Source: Actinomycetota bacterium
Lineage (GTDB): Bacteria; Actinomycetota; Thermoleophilia; BMS3ABIN01
Length of the DNA stretch: 64,000 bases
NCBI GenBank assembly: GCA_016235065.1
Contig: JACRMB010000010.1
Coordinates: forward strand, 70,281-134,280
Direction: 5' to 3'
The translations under genes and the position numbers were made by a program. The notes under the pieces were generated by a model. It was not told the DNA's origin, did no database searches, and saw nothing but the letters and a program-made list of their open reading frames with translations. This document shows positions 54,263 through 64,000 of this stretch, in pieces; within the stretch, counting starts at the first letter, position 1; the number at the start of each line of letters is the position of its first letter.

Positions 54263-56197
54263 TTGCAGATCTGCCCTTTTTCAGCCGGACGTGCGGTTGT
54301 GAAGAGCCCCTCCCCCTCCACTGAGCGCCTTTTCTTGGATCCTTTCAATCCCGAAAACCCCGGTTCTGCGCCGAATGGCGAATCGTCCCCCGGCTCTCGA
54401 CTGTACCTTTACCGATTACTGCAAATGGCCGTCAACCAGGAATTCCCGGGTGGAAGTGGAACGGTCCCGTCCTATCATGGGGCCAGGAATCTGGCGAGGC
54501 GCCTGGAGATCGGTGGCATCGGACAACTCGTGGCGCTATTTCGTGATCTTGGATTAGGGGAACTGCAGGTCGAGATGGCGAACGACAGATTGTCCGTCAG
54601 GCTTACCGACGTATCGGCAGATTCACGGAGAACGGGTGCATCCCGGACATCCTGTGAAATGGAGCGCGGACTGATCGACGGCGCCCTGGAGTCGATCACC
54701 GGTATTCCGGTGGAAACGATTGAAAGCCGTTGCCGGATGAGAGGCGACGATATCTGCTGCTTCGAGTCAATCCGGCAGGAAGTCGCCGGCCGGCAACGCT
54801 TCATCCCTGTATTGGCCGGAGATCCCGGCCGGAATCTCGGATCCGGCAATATCTGGGATGGCCTTCTTGGGCCTGATTCCGGGCTCGGGGGACCAGCACG
54901 GGGAGACCTCAAGTCATGGTTCATGGATCTGGCCATGCGGGAAGTAGCCCGTGCCCGCCGGCACGGACGGCAGCTTTCGGTGATGTACGTGGATCTGGAC
55001 GATCTAGGACAGATAAACACGGCTCATGGCAGGGCTGCCGGGGACCGGGTGCTCCAGGCGGTTGGAGCCGCTCTCAGCAAAAGCTGCCGCTCGGAGGATT
55101 TCCTCTGGCACCAGGGCGAAGATGAGTTTGCTATCCTCTTGTCGGAGACCAGCGCCGATGGCGCCGGTATCGTTGCCCGCAGGCTCTCTACCGAAGTGCT
55201 TTCCGCAGCCGAATATGTGGATGTTGCTGCGAAAGTCTCTGCCAGCATAGGTTATTCTTCCTTTCCTGTTCATGCGGATAGTGTGCCCGGATTATTCGAA
55301 AGCGCCCGGTCAGCCGTTTACCTGGCAAAGTCCATGGGAAAGGGCCGGGCGCAGGCCGCCAGGCCGGTTACAGGCACCAAAACAGGGGGAAGCGATGAGA
55401 CTGCACGGGGTGCTGATGGGGTATTAAGAGATTCTGGTAGCAGAGATGCAGCCTCCGATGGCCAGGGTGTAGTCGTTGCTAATCATGGTGTTGCAGGAAA
55501 AATCAGTGCTGAAGAAATCGAGACGCTGCCGGGTATCAGCCGGGAGTTGCCGGTCGCATCGGTAATTATCGCAAGCAACAGCCCCTTACTCATTGCAGGC
55601 ATGCGACAGGTACTTACCGGCACTGATGGTTTCAGGATAGTGGCTGAGATTGTGGAAGCTGGGCGGTTTCTGGCTGAGGTCGGCGACCAGCGGCCTGATC
55701 TGGTCTTCGCAGACCTGGAGATGTCCAGGAATGAGGATTTTGCAGTGATGAAGCTGCTGCGGGCTCAGAACCTCCCCTGCAAATACACGGTCTTCTGCTC
55801 GGACATAGACCAGGATGTGATCAAGCTCGCGGCGGACTTCTCGGTTGATGGGGTTATCCTTCAGGACTCCGCATCTGATGACGTGATCGCCGCTCTCCAG
55901 GCAGTCTTTCATGGAAAGACGGTACATCCGGTTGCTGTAGCGGACGCGATCAAGGAGCTAAGCAAGAACAGGAGGCTGCTGGAAGAGCTGTCCGAGCGGG
56001 AAATCGAAGTGTTACGCCTGATTGCGGAAGGCAAGTCGAATTCCCAGATATCGAATGAACTCTTCATCACCGTCAATACGGTGAGATTCCACCTCGCAAA
56101 CATCTACCAGAAGTTGAGTGTTTCCAATCGCACCGAGGCCGCCAACTACTATCTTCGCCAGGATCTGGCGCCAGACGGGCAGACGAGGCTTCTGTAG
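54263..56197 (+). CDS. Multidomain regulator with a V4R domain, a degenerate GGDEF domain, a pseudo-receiver and a LuxR-type HTH
   Basis: The V4R region has conserved Cys residues (…TSCEMERGL…RCRMRGDDICCFES). The GGDEF-like domain reads QGEDEF instead of GG(D/E)EF. The REC-like domain has the usual DD acidic pair replaced by SN (VIIASNSPLL). The C-terminal LuxR HTH is REIEVLRLIAEGKSNSQISNELFITVNTVRFHLANIYQKL. Confidence 0.75.
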   Translation: MQICPFSAGRAVVKSPSPSTERLFLDPFNPENPGSAPNGESSPGSRLYLYRLLQMAVNQEFPGGSGTVPSYHGARNLARRLEIGGIGQLVALFRDLGLGELQVEMANDRLSVRLTDVSADSRRTGASRTSCEMERGLIDGALESITGIPVETIESRCRMRGDDICCFESIRQEVAGRQRFIPVLAGDPGRNLGSGNIWDGLLGPDSGLGGPARGDLKSWFMDLAMREVARARRHGRQLSVMYVDLDDLGQINTAHGRAAGDRVLQAVGAALSKSCRSEDFLWHQGEDEFAILLSETSADGAGIVARRLSTEVLSAAEYVDVAAKVSASIGYSSFPVHADSVPGLFESARSAVYLAKSMGKGRAQAARPVTGTKTGGSDETARGADGVLRDSGSRDAASDGQGVVVANHGVAGKISAEEIETLPGISRELPVASVIIASNSPLLIAGMRQVLTGTDGFRIVAEIVEAGRFLAEVGDQRPDLVFADLEMSRNEDFAVMKLLRAQNLPCKYTVFCSDIDQDVIKLAADFSVDGVILQDSASDDVIAALQAVFHGKTVHPVAVADAIKELSKNRRLLEELSEREIEVLRLIAEGKSNSQISNELFITVNTVRFHLANIYQKLSVSNRTEAANYYLRQDLAPDGQTRLL

Positions 56198-56569
56198 CTG
56201 TCAATCCTTACTGCGTTTTTCGCGCGCACTCCCTGTATCAAGTAGAAGCTGAGCCTTTGAGGGGTTCTCGCTCACTGCGCTGAAACATAAGTCCTGCATA
56301 TCATCGAATGCAGTTATCTGGCTTCGATAACCTCCAAACCCTCAAACCGTCCTTTACCCCATCCCTTGACTATCACTTCATACGTACCAAACCAATTCAC
56401 CCCTATTTAGAATCTTTGCACACGTCCTATCAGGACCACGCGGACTTGATAGGCCGATCCGCTCCAGATCGGGGGAAGGGCGGAAAAAGCGGAGGCTGAG
56501 GGTACCCAAGCCCTTTATCAGCCACGTTTTCCGGGGTTAAAGCTAGGCAAACGGTAGGAGGTGAGCACC

Positions 56570-56647
56570 ATGAGAGCAAAGCTTTTTGGAGCCATGACCG
56601 CATTGGTGATGTTGCTGGCGGCAAGCGGAGGTAGGTGGACCTGGTAA
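56570..56647 (+). CDS. Small ORF (25 aa) resembling an orphan signal peptide, with a strong SD
   Basis: GGTAGGAGGTGA is followed 6 nt later by ATG; the ORF encodes MRAKLFGAMTALVMLLAASGGRWTW* and ends exactly where GC drops. Confidence 0.3.
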   Translation: MRAKLFGAMTALVMLLAASGGRWTW

Positions 56648-56687
56648 TTAACTACAGGTGATTATTTATCAAATATGCTTAATTAAC

Positions 56688-56718
56688 CTTCCAGTCGATG
56701 CTTAGGGTTGCTATAATG
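56688..56718 (+). promoter_or_regulatory. Candidate sigma-70 promoter (extended -10 TGcTATAAT) upstream of the HD-GYP gene
   Basis: TGCTATAAT lies at 56709-56717, about 60 nt upstream of the ATG at 56781. The -35 element is weak. Confidence 0.35.
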
Positions 56719-56780
56719 CGACCACTCCGCCGCGCGGGCTATCCAAGTGTGTAGGCTGCGGCGTCGTTCTCATCGACTAC

Positions 56781-58199
56781 TTGGGGAGGGTACCGATGGC
56801 AGGCAGAGTTCGCGCCAGGCAGAATGCTCTGGTATTGATGACTGCCGTTTTATGCATCTTTTCTGGTGCCCTCTTCTTCTATCTTTCATCGAGTACGTCT
56901 TGGTCAAAAGATATAATTATACAAACGGTTCTCCTGACCGTCATTGCCTGGATTGCTGAAGCTAAAGCGGTTCAATTTTCAAGCAGCGTCCATGTTAGCA
57001 GCGCCAATCTCCCAGTCCTTCTTGGCATATTCTTTCTAGGGCCTGTACAAAGTGCATTAATTGCATGCATGAGTTTCTTGGCTGTCAGTCGGGGAAAGGA
57101 TTCCTTGCGAATCACTTTCATTCTCGCATCGAACGCAGTTTCAGTCATGACGGTTGGGGCACTGTTTGAATATCTAAGTAGTGTGCTGGATTTTGGATTC
57201 CCCGTTTCATCAATAACGCTAACCTTTATTATTACTGGAGTCTTAGTAGGCATACTTTGGGAGACAGTAGATTTCTCATTTGCATCGATAGGAATCGCAC
57301 TAAAAAACAACCAGAGGATTGTTTCTCTTTGGCACAATAATTTTTTCCCCGCTCTTCCCTCTCAACTAATGATCCTCGGCGTTGGTATCGTTATTGCGGC
57401 AGTTTATATCACGGCTGGCATTGCTGCGGCAGCTCTGTTTTTCATTCCTATATTCGCAAGTCAGCATGTATATCAATTGCTTGTTCAGCAGAAAAGTCTA
57501 TTAGCTGAGCAAACCAAGCTATCCGAAGACTTAATGGATATGAATATCGGCTTGGCTGGTGCCATGATTATGTTGCTGGACAGCAAGGATCATTACACTG
57601 CCAGCCATTCAGCCGGCGTAGCAATGTATTGTCGCGACATGGCAAGAATGATGGGTATGTCTGATGATGAACAGCGAATTGCTCATATGGCTGGACTTCT
57701 TCATGATTTAGGCAAGGTTGGTACTCCGGATGCGGTGCTCAAGAAAGATGGCGAACTGACGGCAAGGGAGTGGGAGCAGATCAAGGAACACCCGACAACA
57801 GCTGCGGAGGTTCTATCTCAGCTTGCCACACACACAGAGATTGCCGACATTATCCGCCATCACCAGGAACATTTCGATGGATCTGGTTATCCCTATGGCA
57901 TCAGCGGTGAAGAAATTCCAGAATTGAGCCGGATGCTTTCCGTGGCCGACACTTATCATGCTTTGACATCAGACAGACCATATAGAGCTGCCAAGAGTCC
58001 TTTCGAAGCGCTGATAATCCTTAGAAAGGTTGCCGGTACTCAGCTGGATCCAAAGTATGTAGAAGTTATGGCTCAGGTTCTAAAGAACGAGGATTTAAGT
58101 TACAGGGAGGGAAGCAAGGCCGACTTTCTCAGTGAATTCCGAAAAGGCCGGCCCGCCCTCAAGTTGGACGATCTCCGCGCAAGCGCGGATGAAGCATAA
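56781..58199 (+). CDS. Membrane-anchored HD-GYP c-di-GMP phosphodiesterase
   Basis: An N-terminal polytopic membrane domain is followed by an HD-GYP domain (HDLGK…HHQEHFDGSGYPYG). The gene GC is about 47%, against a background of about 60%. Confidence 0.85.
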   Translation: MGRVPMAGRVRARQNALVLMTAVLCIFSGALFFYLSSSTSWSKDIIIQTVLLTVIAWIAEAKAVQFSSSVHVSSANLPVLLGIFFLGPVQSALIACMSFLAVSRGKDSLRITFILASNAVSVMTVGALFEYLSSVLDFGFPVSSITLTFIITGVLVGILWETVDFSFASIGIALKNNQRIVSLWHNNFFPALPSQLMILGVGIVIAAVYITAGIAAAALFFIPIFASQHVYQLLVQQKSLLAEQTKLSEDLMDMNIGLAGAMIMLLDSKDHYTASHSAGVAMYCRDMARMMGMSDDEQRIAHMAGLLHDLGKVGTPDAVLKKDGELTAREWEQIKEHPTTAAEVLSQLATHTEIADIIRHHQEHFDGSGYPYGISGEEIPELSRMLSVADTYHALTSDRPYRAAKSPFEALIILRKVAGTQLDPKYVEVMAQVLKNEDLSYREGSKADFLSEFRKGRPALKLDDLRASADEA

Positions 58200-58493
58200 A
58201 GATACACCCCGGTTGATCTACTCTCTCCCACTCATCATCTCACTTCCGCTGTTTGGTAGTTCCCCACTCTCACCGTTCCCACTGCAGAAGCGTAGATCAA
58301 CCTCCCCGAGAACCAGAAACCGCTGGGCGAAGTTTCTAGTCTATCTCAAGACCCACTTCCCTATTGTATCTTCTGTCCCTTATCCTCCCTTGTTGCCTAA
58401 TAAATATTTCCACAAGCAACACAGCCTACTTTAACAACTGCAAATCCTAAAGAAATCATCCAAAGGATGTTTTTTGATTGTAAAAAGTCGTAT

Positions 58494-61307
58494 TTATTCT
58501 TTATTTCCTTGGTGAGCCTGGATGACTGCATCCAATCGGCTTTTAAAGCCCATTTTTCGGAAAATACTCGCAACATGTGTCTTTACAGTACATTCAGAAA
58601 TATAAAGCGATTGCGCAATTTGACCGTTTGACAGGCCTTGAGAGAGACAACTAAACACCTCTAACTCCCTATTTGTTAAAACATCAGATGAGTTCTTAAT
58701 GCGTTTACGGTGTTTTTTCAATGAGGCTTGCACAGATGTCTGCACAAACTCATTGTCGTCATACCGCATGCGACGTAAGAGGGTAAGTGCACCTGCTGAT
58801 CCTATCTTGCCAAGAAGTACCGCGATTTTTACTCTCAGCAATGGATTCTCGTGTTTTAATAGAGGCTCGACGGCAGATAACGATTTCTCACCCATTCGCT
58901 CCAAAACCCAGCAAACATAGTCAACTTCAATGTCGCTTTCCAGGGCTACAGTGAATAAAGGAACTACGCACTTACCCTCATGTATTATCCAATGATTGTG
59001 TTGAAATTTGTTTGACCTGCTCAATGCTGAGGCTAATAAACTTCTAGCCATAGCCCCGTCCTTCTCAATGTAGGCTTTCCATGCAAGGCTAAAATCAAGA
59101 GCAGTTTGTACATATCGTAAATTGTATTTTTTTGATAAATGCTTCGCGTCTATACTCATTTGCTCGGCTTTTTCTAAATCAGTAATATGTATCAAGTCAG
59201 CCACTATGTTCATTTTACTTGCAGCGATTTCAAAGATTTCATTTGTTTCTATCGCCTTCTCCAAGCTCTCGCGATGAAGAATCAGGGCTCTATCAGGATT
59301 ACCTGAACGCCGCGCCCAAGTACCTAGATGACATTTGATAGCGGCTAATGTATCCCCTCGTTTCTGCTCCAATTTAGAGCATATCTGCGCAGCTTGTACC
59401 AGCAATTCCTTGCCCCGGTCATGTTCTCCCTCCGCGAATAAAAGGCACCCATATGTATCTAGGATGACCGGTAGGGCTTTTATTTCCTGTTGCTTTTTCA
59501 CATTCTCCAAGCACATCTCTGCGTAAGATCGTGCCTCACCATAGCGGCCGAGCATCATCAAGCAGGATGCCATATTGTTCGTATATAGATTTCTTTTGCT
59601 TTCGCTTAGTTTTTCATAGTCTCTATATTTTTCTTGCATTCTTAGCGCCTCAGAAAAATTACCATGTCTTAAATTCTGCATCATTAATACATATTCACAG
59701 CCTAGGGTCATAGGCATTTCGTTTTCGCCGCCCAATTCATTGTTTTTATCAATGCAACGTTTTAATCCCTCCTCATCAAATCCAATAAAATAGCTCGCTG
59801 CCAAATGAAATAGAATGTCTTTATGCATTTCGTCTGTTAGAGGTACTTGTAATAATTCTTTTAAAGTGTCAATAGCTTCGTGACATCTTCCTAATTCATT
59901 AAAACAGTCCGCATAAGCAAAGCTAAAATTCAATAAGAGCTCGATCTCATTAGGATCTAGCAGAGGCTTAGTTGCCGCGAAGATTCTCATCGCCTTGCGA
60001 AACTTCCCAGCAGACATCAATATTTTTGCTTGCTGTATCTGCAGGGTAGGGGTGAGGTCGTCCTCCTTGAGAGCGTTCAGCCATTGCTGAAGCGTCCCGT
60101 ACTCGGCGGCGTTCAGAATTTCGTCGCCGATTTTTTCTATCAGGGTTATGGCTTTGGCATGTTGCCCGCCGGCAAGATACTGTTCGACGGCTTTACGCTC
60201 GTGCCCGGCACTGATGAATGCTTCGGCGAATCTGGCTCTGATGTCGTTCATTCCGTCCATACCAGCCTGAGTCTGCAGCCGCGATTGCAGAAAATCTCTA
60301 AACAGCGGGTGATAACGATATAGCTCTGCATCATCGAGCCTGTTAGTAAAGAGATTCTGCTGTTCCGCCTCTGCCAGCATTTCGCTGATGCGCGGGATAT
60401 CCAAGGCCTTTTCACAAATAGCCGGGTCTATCGGATCGATCAGAGCCGCGCTGATCAGTAGCTGTTGCATCCCGGCGGATTGACTGTTCAGCACTTCCTC
60501 TGCCAGATACTCATACACGTTCTGTTTGATTCGACGGTGGGAGAACAGGTCCGGCATATCGTTTCCTGACCTGAGAAAACTTTCAGAAAGCACCAGTCCC
60601 GCCGGCCATCCCTCAGTGCTTCTGTAGACCCTTTCAAGAACCGCAGCCGAGACGTCGATCTCCCACGTATCCGCCAGACTGGAAAGCTCATCCAGGGAGA
60701 ACTGCAGATCCTCATCCTTCAGTTCCAGCAATGCACCGTTTGAACGCAAGCGGGCCAGACTGAGTTCGGGATACCTGCGAGTAGTTATAGCGATGCATGA
60801 CTGCTCGGGCAGATTCTGAATCAGATATTCGATCAGGCGGGATGCGTCTGCGTTGTCATCAAACAACTGAAAATCATCAAAACAAATTATCAGCGGAACG
60901 CGGCTGTGCTCGCCAAGTTCATCCAGCAGGACCGCGAGCACGCTTTCGCTTTCTGTAACAAAATCAGTGACGTCTGCCAGGCGCGAGCGGGCGCGTGTTC
61001 CTTCAAAGTTACACGCGTGGGAAAATCCGGAGATCATGTGCCGCAGGAATACAGCGGGATCCCGGTCCAGGGCATCGACCTGATACCAGATGCTGTTGCC
61101 TGAGAATTCCCGCGCTATCTGAGCCATCAGCGTCGTCTTGCCGAACCCGGGTCCGGCACAGATATTAATCAGTCGGGGGGTGCTTGATTCCGGCTGCAGC
61201 AGCAACCTCGGCCGATCCAGCACCTTTCGGAGGCGTGGAGGCCTTAGCTTGCTTTCCAGGACTGGATTTTGATTTTTTTTCCGCTCTTCAGCTTCAGACA
61301 GTTGCAA
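58494..61307 (-). CDS. MalT-like large ATP-binding LuxR-family (LAL) regulator: STAND NTPase, TPR/HEAT repeats and a LuxR HTH
   Basis: Walker A GPGFGKTT and Walker B LIICFDDFQL are present, with long helical repeats. The C-terminal LuxR HTH is LTNRELEVFSCLSQGLSNGQIAQSLYISECTVKTHVASIFRKMG. GC drops sharply from about 57% to about 43% at about 60040, inside the gene. Confidence 0.85.
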   Translation of the reverse strand: MQLSEAEERKKNQNPVLESKLRPPRLRKVLDRPRLLLQPESSTPRLINICAGPGFGKTTLMAQIAREFSGNSIWYQVDALDRDPAVFLRHMISGFSHACNFEGTRARSRLADVTDFVTESESVLAVLLDELGEHSRVPLIICFDDFQLFDDNADASRLIEYLIQNLPEQSCIAITTRRYPELSLARLRSNGALLELKDEDLQFSLDELSSLADTWEIDVSAAVLERVYRSTEGWPAGLVLSESFLRSGNDMPDLFSHRRIKQNVYEYLAEEVLNSQSAGMQQLLISAALIDPIDPAICEKALDIPRISEMLAEAEQQNLFTNRLDDAELYRYHPLFRDFLQSRLQTQAGMDGMNDIRARFAEAFISAGHERKAVEQYLAGGQHAKAITLIEKIGDEILNAAEYGTLQQWLNALKEDDLTPTLQIQQAKILMSAGKFRKAMRIFAATKPLLDPNEIELLLNFSFAYADCFNELGRCHEAIDTLKELLQVPLTDEMHKDILFHLAASYFIGFDEEGLKRCIDKNNELGGENEMPMTLGCEYVLMMQNLRHGNFSEALRMQEKYRDYEKLSESKRNLYTNNMASCLMMLGRYGEARSYAEMCLENVKKQQEIKALPVILDTYGCLLFAEGEHDRGKELLVQAAQICSKLEQKRGDTLAAIKCHLGTWARRSGNPDRALILHRESLEKAIETNEIFEIAASKMNIVADLIHITDLEKAEQMSIDAKHLSKKYNLRYVQTALDFSLAWKAYIEKDGAMARSLLASALSRSNKFQHNHWIIHEGKCVVPLFTVALESDIEVDYVCWVLERMGEKSLSAVEPLLKHENPLLRVKIAVLLGKIGSAGALTLLRRMRYDDNEFVQTSVQASLKKHRKRIKNSSDVLTNRELEVFSCLSQGLSNGQIAQSLYISECTVKTHVASIFRKMGFKSRLDAVIQAHQGNKE

Positions 61308-61352
61308 CTTTACCCGCTTTCCCCCACCTGTGATTCCGTGACATGGCCTCCC

Positions 61353-64000
61353 CTAGGGCCTGGCGATATCTTGACTATTAACATCAGCCCCTTGGCTGTT
61401 CTTCTGAAACAATGCCGCCACCTGTGAGCGACTGGTCAATCCAAGCTTTCTGAATATCCTGCTGATGTGGGTTTTAGCCGTCGGCTCGCTGATATAAAGC
61501 CGCTCTGAGATCTCAGCATTGCTCATTCCTTCGGCGATCAACTCCATCACCTGGTTCTCGCGGCGAGTCAGGATCTTTTCTGGCGAGTCGATGGACATCC
61601 TCAATCGGCGCAGTTCGCTACTGGCAGTCCGGCGAACGTCAAGATCCTCGTCGCGGAGCACGCGCCTTATATAGGGAGCTGCCGCGACACCGCCTGATGC
61701 CGACAATGCTGTGATCGCTACGGTCCTGACACTGGCGGAATCCGACTTGAGCAATTCAGCCAGAGCCTCGATCGCAACCGGACCGATTGAAGGAAGAACA
61801 CTCAACAGGTACTCCTGCTCGATACCATGACCGAACGCAAAGGCTATCAGGCCGGCGCTGATCTTCCCCTCCTCGATGATGAAGTTATTGTGCTGGTAAA
61901 GTGACGCATTTTTCAAGGCCTTCCTGATTTCCGCAAGCGCCTTGTCATTGTCACCTTTCTCAAGAGCTGCCCAGGCAAAATTGAAACAGGCCTGTGTGGA
62001 AATAAACCTGTAACCATGATCGGCAGCCAGTGCCCGGGCTTCTTCCAGGTTACGGATGCCCTCGGAATGCTGCCTGCCCCTGATCCTGGCGGCGCCAAGA
62101 TTGACCAGGCAGCTGGCTGCAGTATATTGATTTCCACCATCACGATGGTGCAGGCATGAAGAATGCACCTCGATAGCCCGCTCCAGCTCGTCCTGGCGGC
62201 GAAGGTACGCTCCCAGATAATTTGGTGTGTAGAACGGGCCGAGGACCTTTGAATCCCCGACTTCCCTGTCGATGCCCTCGATTATCTCCCGGCCGGCTTG
62301 GCCGTCGCCGACGTTAAGCAGGACTACTCCCCTGAGAAATTCAAAACCCAACCTGAACAGTTGGTCCTCATCGCCCAGGTATCCGCTTCTTTCATCGATT
62401 GCGGCCAGGGCCGCTTCATATCTGGCCATTTCATATAAGGCAAGCACCTTCCAGCAGAGGATCTGGAACCGGGCGAACATCAACGAGCGCGGACTCGATG
62501 CCCGTTGCAGCCTGATGACTTCATCATGCAGTGCAGGAAACTCTCCAGCAAACCATAGCGGGACAAGTTCAGTGACCTCGAGGACGAAACGGGTATCGAC
62601 CATCGTCCCGTCACACAACGCCGCCGCCTGTTTCAGCAGCTCAAGGGCCTCCTGCCCGTATCCCAGTAACAGATTCTGAGTCGCCATCCGTGAGAACGCC
62701 GCCACCTTATGCTCGGGCGTTACTGCCCATTTCCGGGCATCTATCGCTTTTTCCAGGCTCCGCCGGTGCATATCCCGCATAAAAAAGAATTCGGCCATCG
62801 ACATGGCGCAAGCGTATGATCCAGCGGCGTCAGACCTGCTGGAAAAGCCTTTTTCGGCTACCTCGTACCATCGTTCCGCGCCCGCAAGGTCGCCCAGACG
62901 CTCGCTCGACTTCGCTGAATAATAAGCCAGCCATGGCCTGGCGGTGATCGTCTTGACCGGGATCTGTGAGAGCCACTTTGCCAGCGTCTTATAATGGCCG
63001 GCATCAAGTATCGCCTCACCCCTTGTCTCAATGATACCCACGGCCAGGTCCGGTGAGCGAGACTGAAGATAATGCTGGATGGCCAGATCATACTGGCCAT
63101 TACCATCGTATGCCTCACCATATCGCCGATGCAGGTCGTCTACTTCGGCGACAGGCATGATCTGCTCGAGTTTCATGCTGAGGAACTGACGGACCAACGG
63201 CTGGTAGATGTAGCTTCTTCCTTCTTCGAGACAGCTGATCATCAGGTTCCGTGCTTCCATCTCGCGGAGCAGCCCGACCGAGGATTTTCCCTCCCCGGCC
63301 ATCAGAGCCTGATCGCAGATCTCAATATCGACTGTATCCAGGATAGATGTCACCATCAGGAACTGTTTTAATTCATCGTCCAGTTCTGACCAGACTTCCT
63401 CAGCGAGGTATCCGGCTATGGTTCCATGTTCCCCTAACAGTTCCGGATTCACGTGTTCCGGTATACGCCGCTCAATGGTCAACAGATTCCTGGAAAGAAC
63501 GATGGCCACCGGCCAGCCCTGAGTGGCGGTGTACCAGATTCTGAGTTCATCTTCGTTTAAATCCTTCTCACAACATCCTCTGTACACGCCTTCCATCTCT
63601 TCCATTGTGAACCTGAGGTCCTCCGTGTCGATTTCCTTGAGTTTCCTCTGGGTCCGCAGACGGCCCAGGGATAGAGACGTCCTCTCCCGGCTGGCCAGAA
63701 CAACACGATAATCGGTTGGCAGATACTTGATAAGGAATTGCACGGCGTCCCGGATATTCTCGAAATCATTCGCAAGCTGGAACTCGTCAAAGAAAAAAAC
63801 GAACGGCTTGTCTGAAGCGCTGATCTCATTGATGAAAACCGTGAGGTAGCTCTCCCAATCGCCATCGGTATTCTTCATTCCAGAAAGGGCCCGATCCATG
63901 GCAGCGCCGAATCCGGTCATGTGCGAGCTGACACCTTCGACCAGATGAGCCAGGAATACCGCCATGTTCTTGTCGCCCAAGCCTAATTGATACCAAACAC
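61353..64000 (-). CDS. Second MalT-like LAL regulator (partial; the N-terminal P-loop lies beyond the window end)
   Basis: The frame stays open to the window edge upstream of the TTG/ATG called by the ORF track. The Walker B-like FVFFFDEFQL, helical repeats and the C-terminal LuxR HTH (LTRRENQVMELIAEGMSNAEISERLYISEPTAKTHISRIFRKLG) are present. Confidence 0.8.
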   Translation of the reverse strand, partial: VWYQLGLGDKNMAVFLAHLVEGVSSHMTGFGAAMDRALSGMKNTDGDWESYLTVFINEISASDKPFVFFFDEFQLANDFENIRDAVQFLIKYLPTDYRVVLASRERTSLSLGRLRTQRKLKEIDTEDLRFTMEEMEGVYRGCCEKDLNEDELRIWYTATQGWPVAIVLSRNLLTIERRIPEHVNPELLGEHGTIAGYLAEEVWSELDDELKQFLMVTSILDTVDIEICDQALMAGEGKSSVGLLREMEARNLMISCLEEGRSYIYQPLVRQFLSMKLEQIMPVAEVDDLHRRYGEAYDGNGQYDLAIQHYLQSRSPDLAVGIIETRGEAILDAGHYKTLAKWLSQIPVKTITARPWLAYYSAKSSERLGDLAGAERWYEVAEKGFSSRSDAAGSYACAMSMAEFFFMRDMHRRSLEKAIDARKWAVTPEHKVAAFSRMATQNLLLGYGQEALELLKQAAALCDGTMVDTRFVLEVTELVPLWFAGEFPALHDEVIRLQRASSPRSLMFARFQILCWKVLALYEMARYEAALAAIDERSGYLGDEDQLFRLGFEFLRGVVLLNVGDGQAGREIIEGIDREVGDSKVLGPFYTPNYLGAYLRRQDELERAIEVHSSCLHHRDGGNQYTAASCLVNLGAARIRGRQHSEGIRNLEEARALAADHGYRFISTQACFNFAWAALEKGDNDKALAEIRKALKNASLYQHNNFIIEEGKISAGLIAFAFGHGIEQEYLLSVLPSIGPVAIEALAELLKSDSASVRTVAITALSASGGVAAAPYIRRVLRDEDLDVRRTASSELRRLRMSIDSPEKILTRRENQVMELIAEGMSNAEISERLYISEPTAKTHISRIFRKLGLTSRSQVAALFQKNSQGADVNSQDIARP

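Noticed and set aside
53998-54348. Minus-strand 116-aa ORF in the divergent region between the ABC SBP gene and the V4R regulator
   Set aside because: It has low-complexity basic composition with no family signal, and it overlaps the likely promoter or5' region of the regulator gene.
58494-64000. The two STAND-NTPase/TPR proteins as antiviral STAND (Avs-like) defence proteins
   Set aside because: Both end in canonical LuxR/GerE HTH domains and have no N-terminal effector. This is the classic MalT/LAL transcription-regulator architecture.

Overview
This is a GC-rich (about 58-60% GC) bacterial chromosomal segment that uses the standard genetic code. TGA is used as a stop throughout, including in ATGA start/stop overlaps. 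The ORF track omits the two genes that run off the window edges, and it renders GTG/TTG starts as M.

The window contains housekeeping genes: groES-groEL with a CIRCE-like operator, tpiA-gpmI-secG, aroE, lysA, hpt, recJ, a RelA/SpoT homologue and the initiator tRNA-fMet. There is also a large minus-strand type IV pilus locus laid out in the monoderm style. It runs pilB-pilT-pilC, a FliA-like sigma factor, two tandem pilA genes, then PilV/PilW/PilX/FimT-like minor pilins and a 602-aa pilin-like protein with poly-acidic tracts. No pilMNOPQ or pilD is present in the window. Each unit of the locus ends at a strong intrinsic terminator.

Other content:
- A translationally coupled operon encoding a P2-type ATPase, two RCK/TrkA proteins, a cyclase and a DapA-like aldolase.
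- A peptide-type ABC importer operon.
- A secreted CAP-domain protein carrying four novel repeats of about 97 aa.
- A c-di-GMP-related block: a V4R domain, a degenerate GGDEF domain, a pseudo-receiver and a LuxR helix-turn-helix in one protein; a membrane HD-GYP protein; and two large MalT-like LuxR regulators (LAL).
- A roughly 3.4-kb low-GC patch within that block whose boundary falls inside one of the LAL genes.

The most unusual find is a PCYCGC-motif lipoprotein gene with an in-frame TGA. The TGA sits at the first position of a UxxC motif and is followed 15 nt later by a perfect 7-bp hairpin, which makes it a candidate selenoprotein with a SECIS-like element. It converges on a remnant of an FAD-linked oxidase gene that carries an in-frame TAG. 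Several calls, especially start sites, are tentative.
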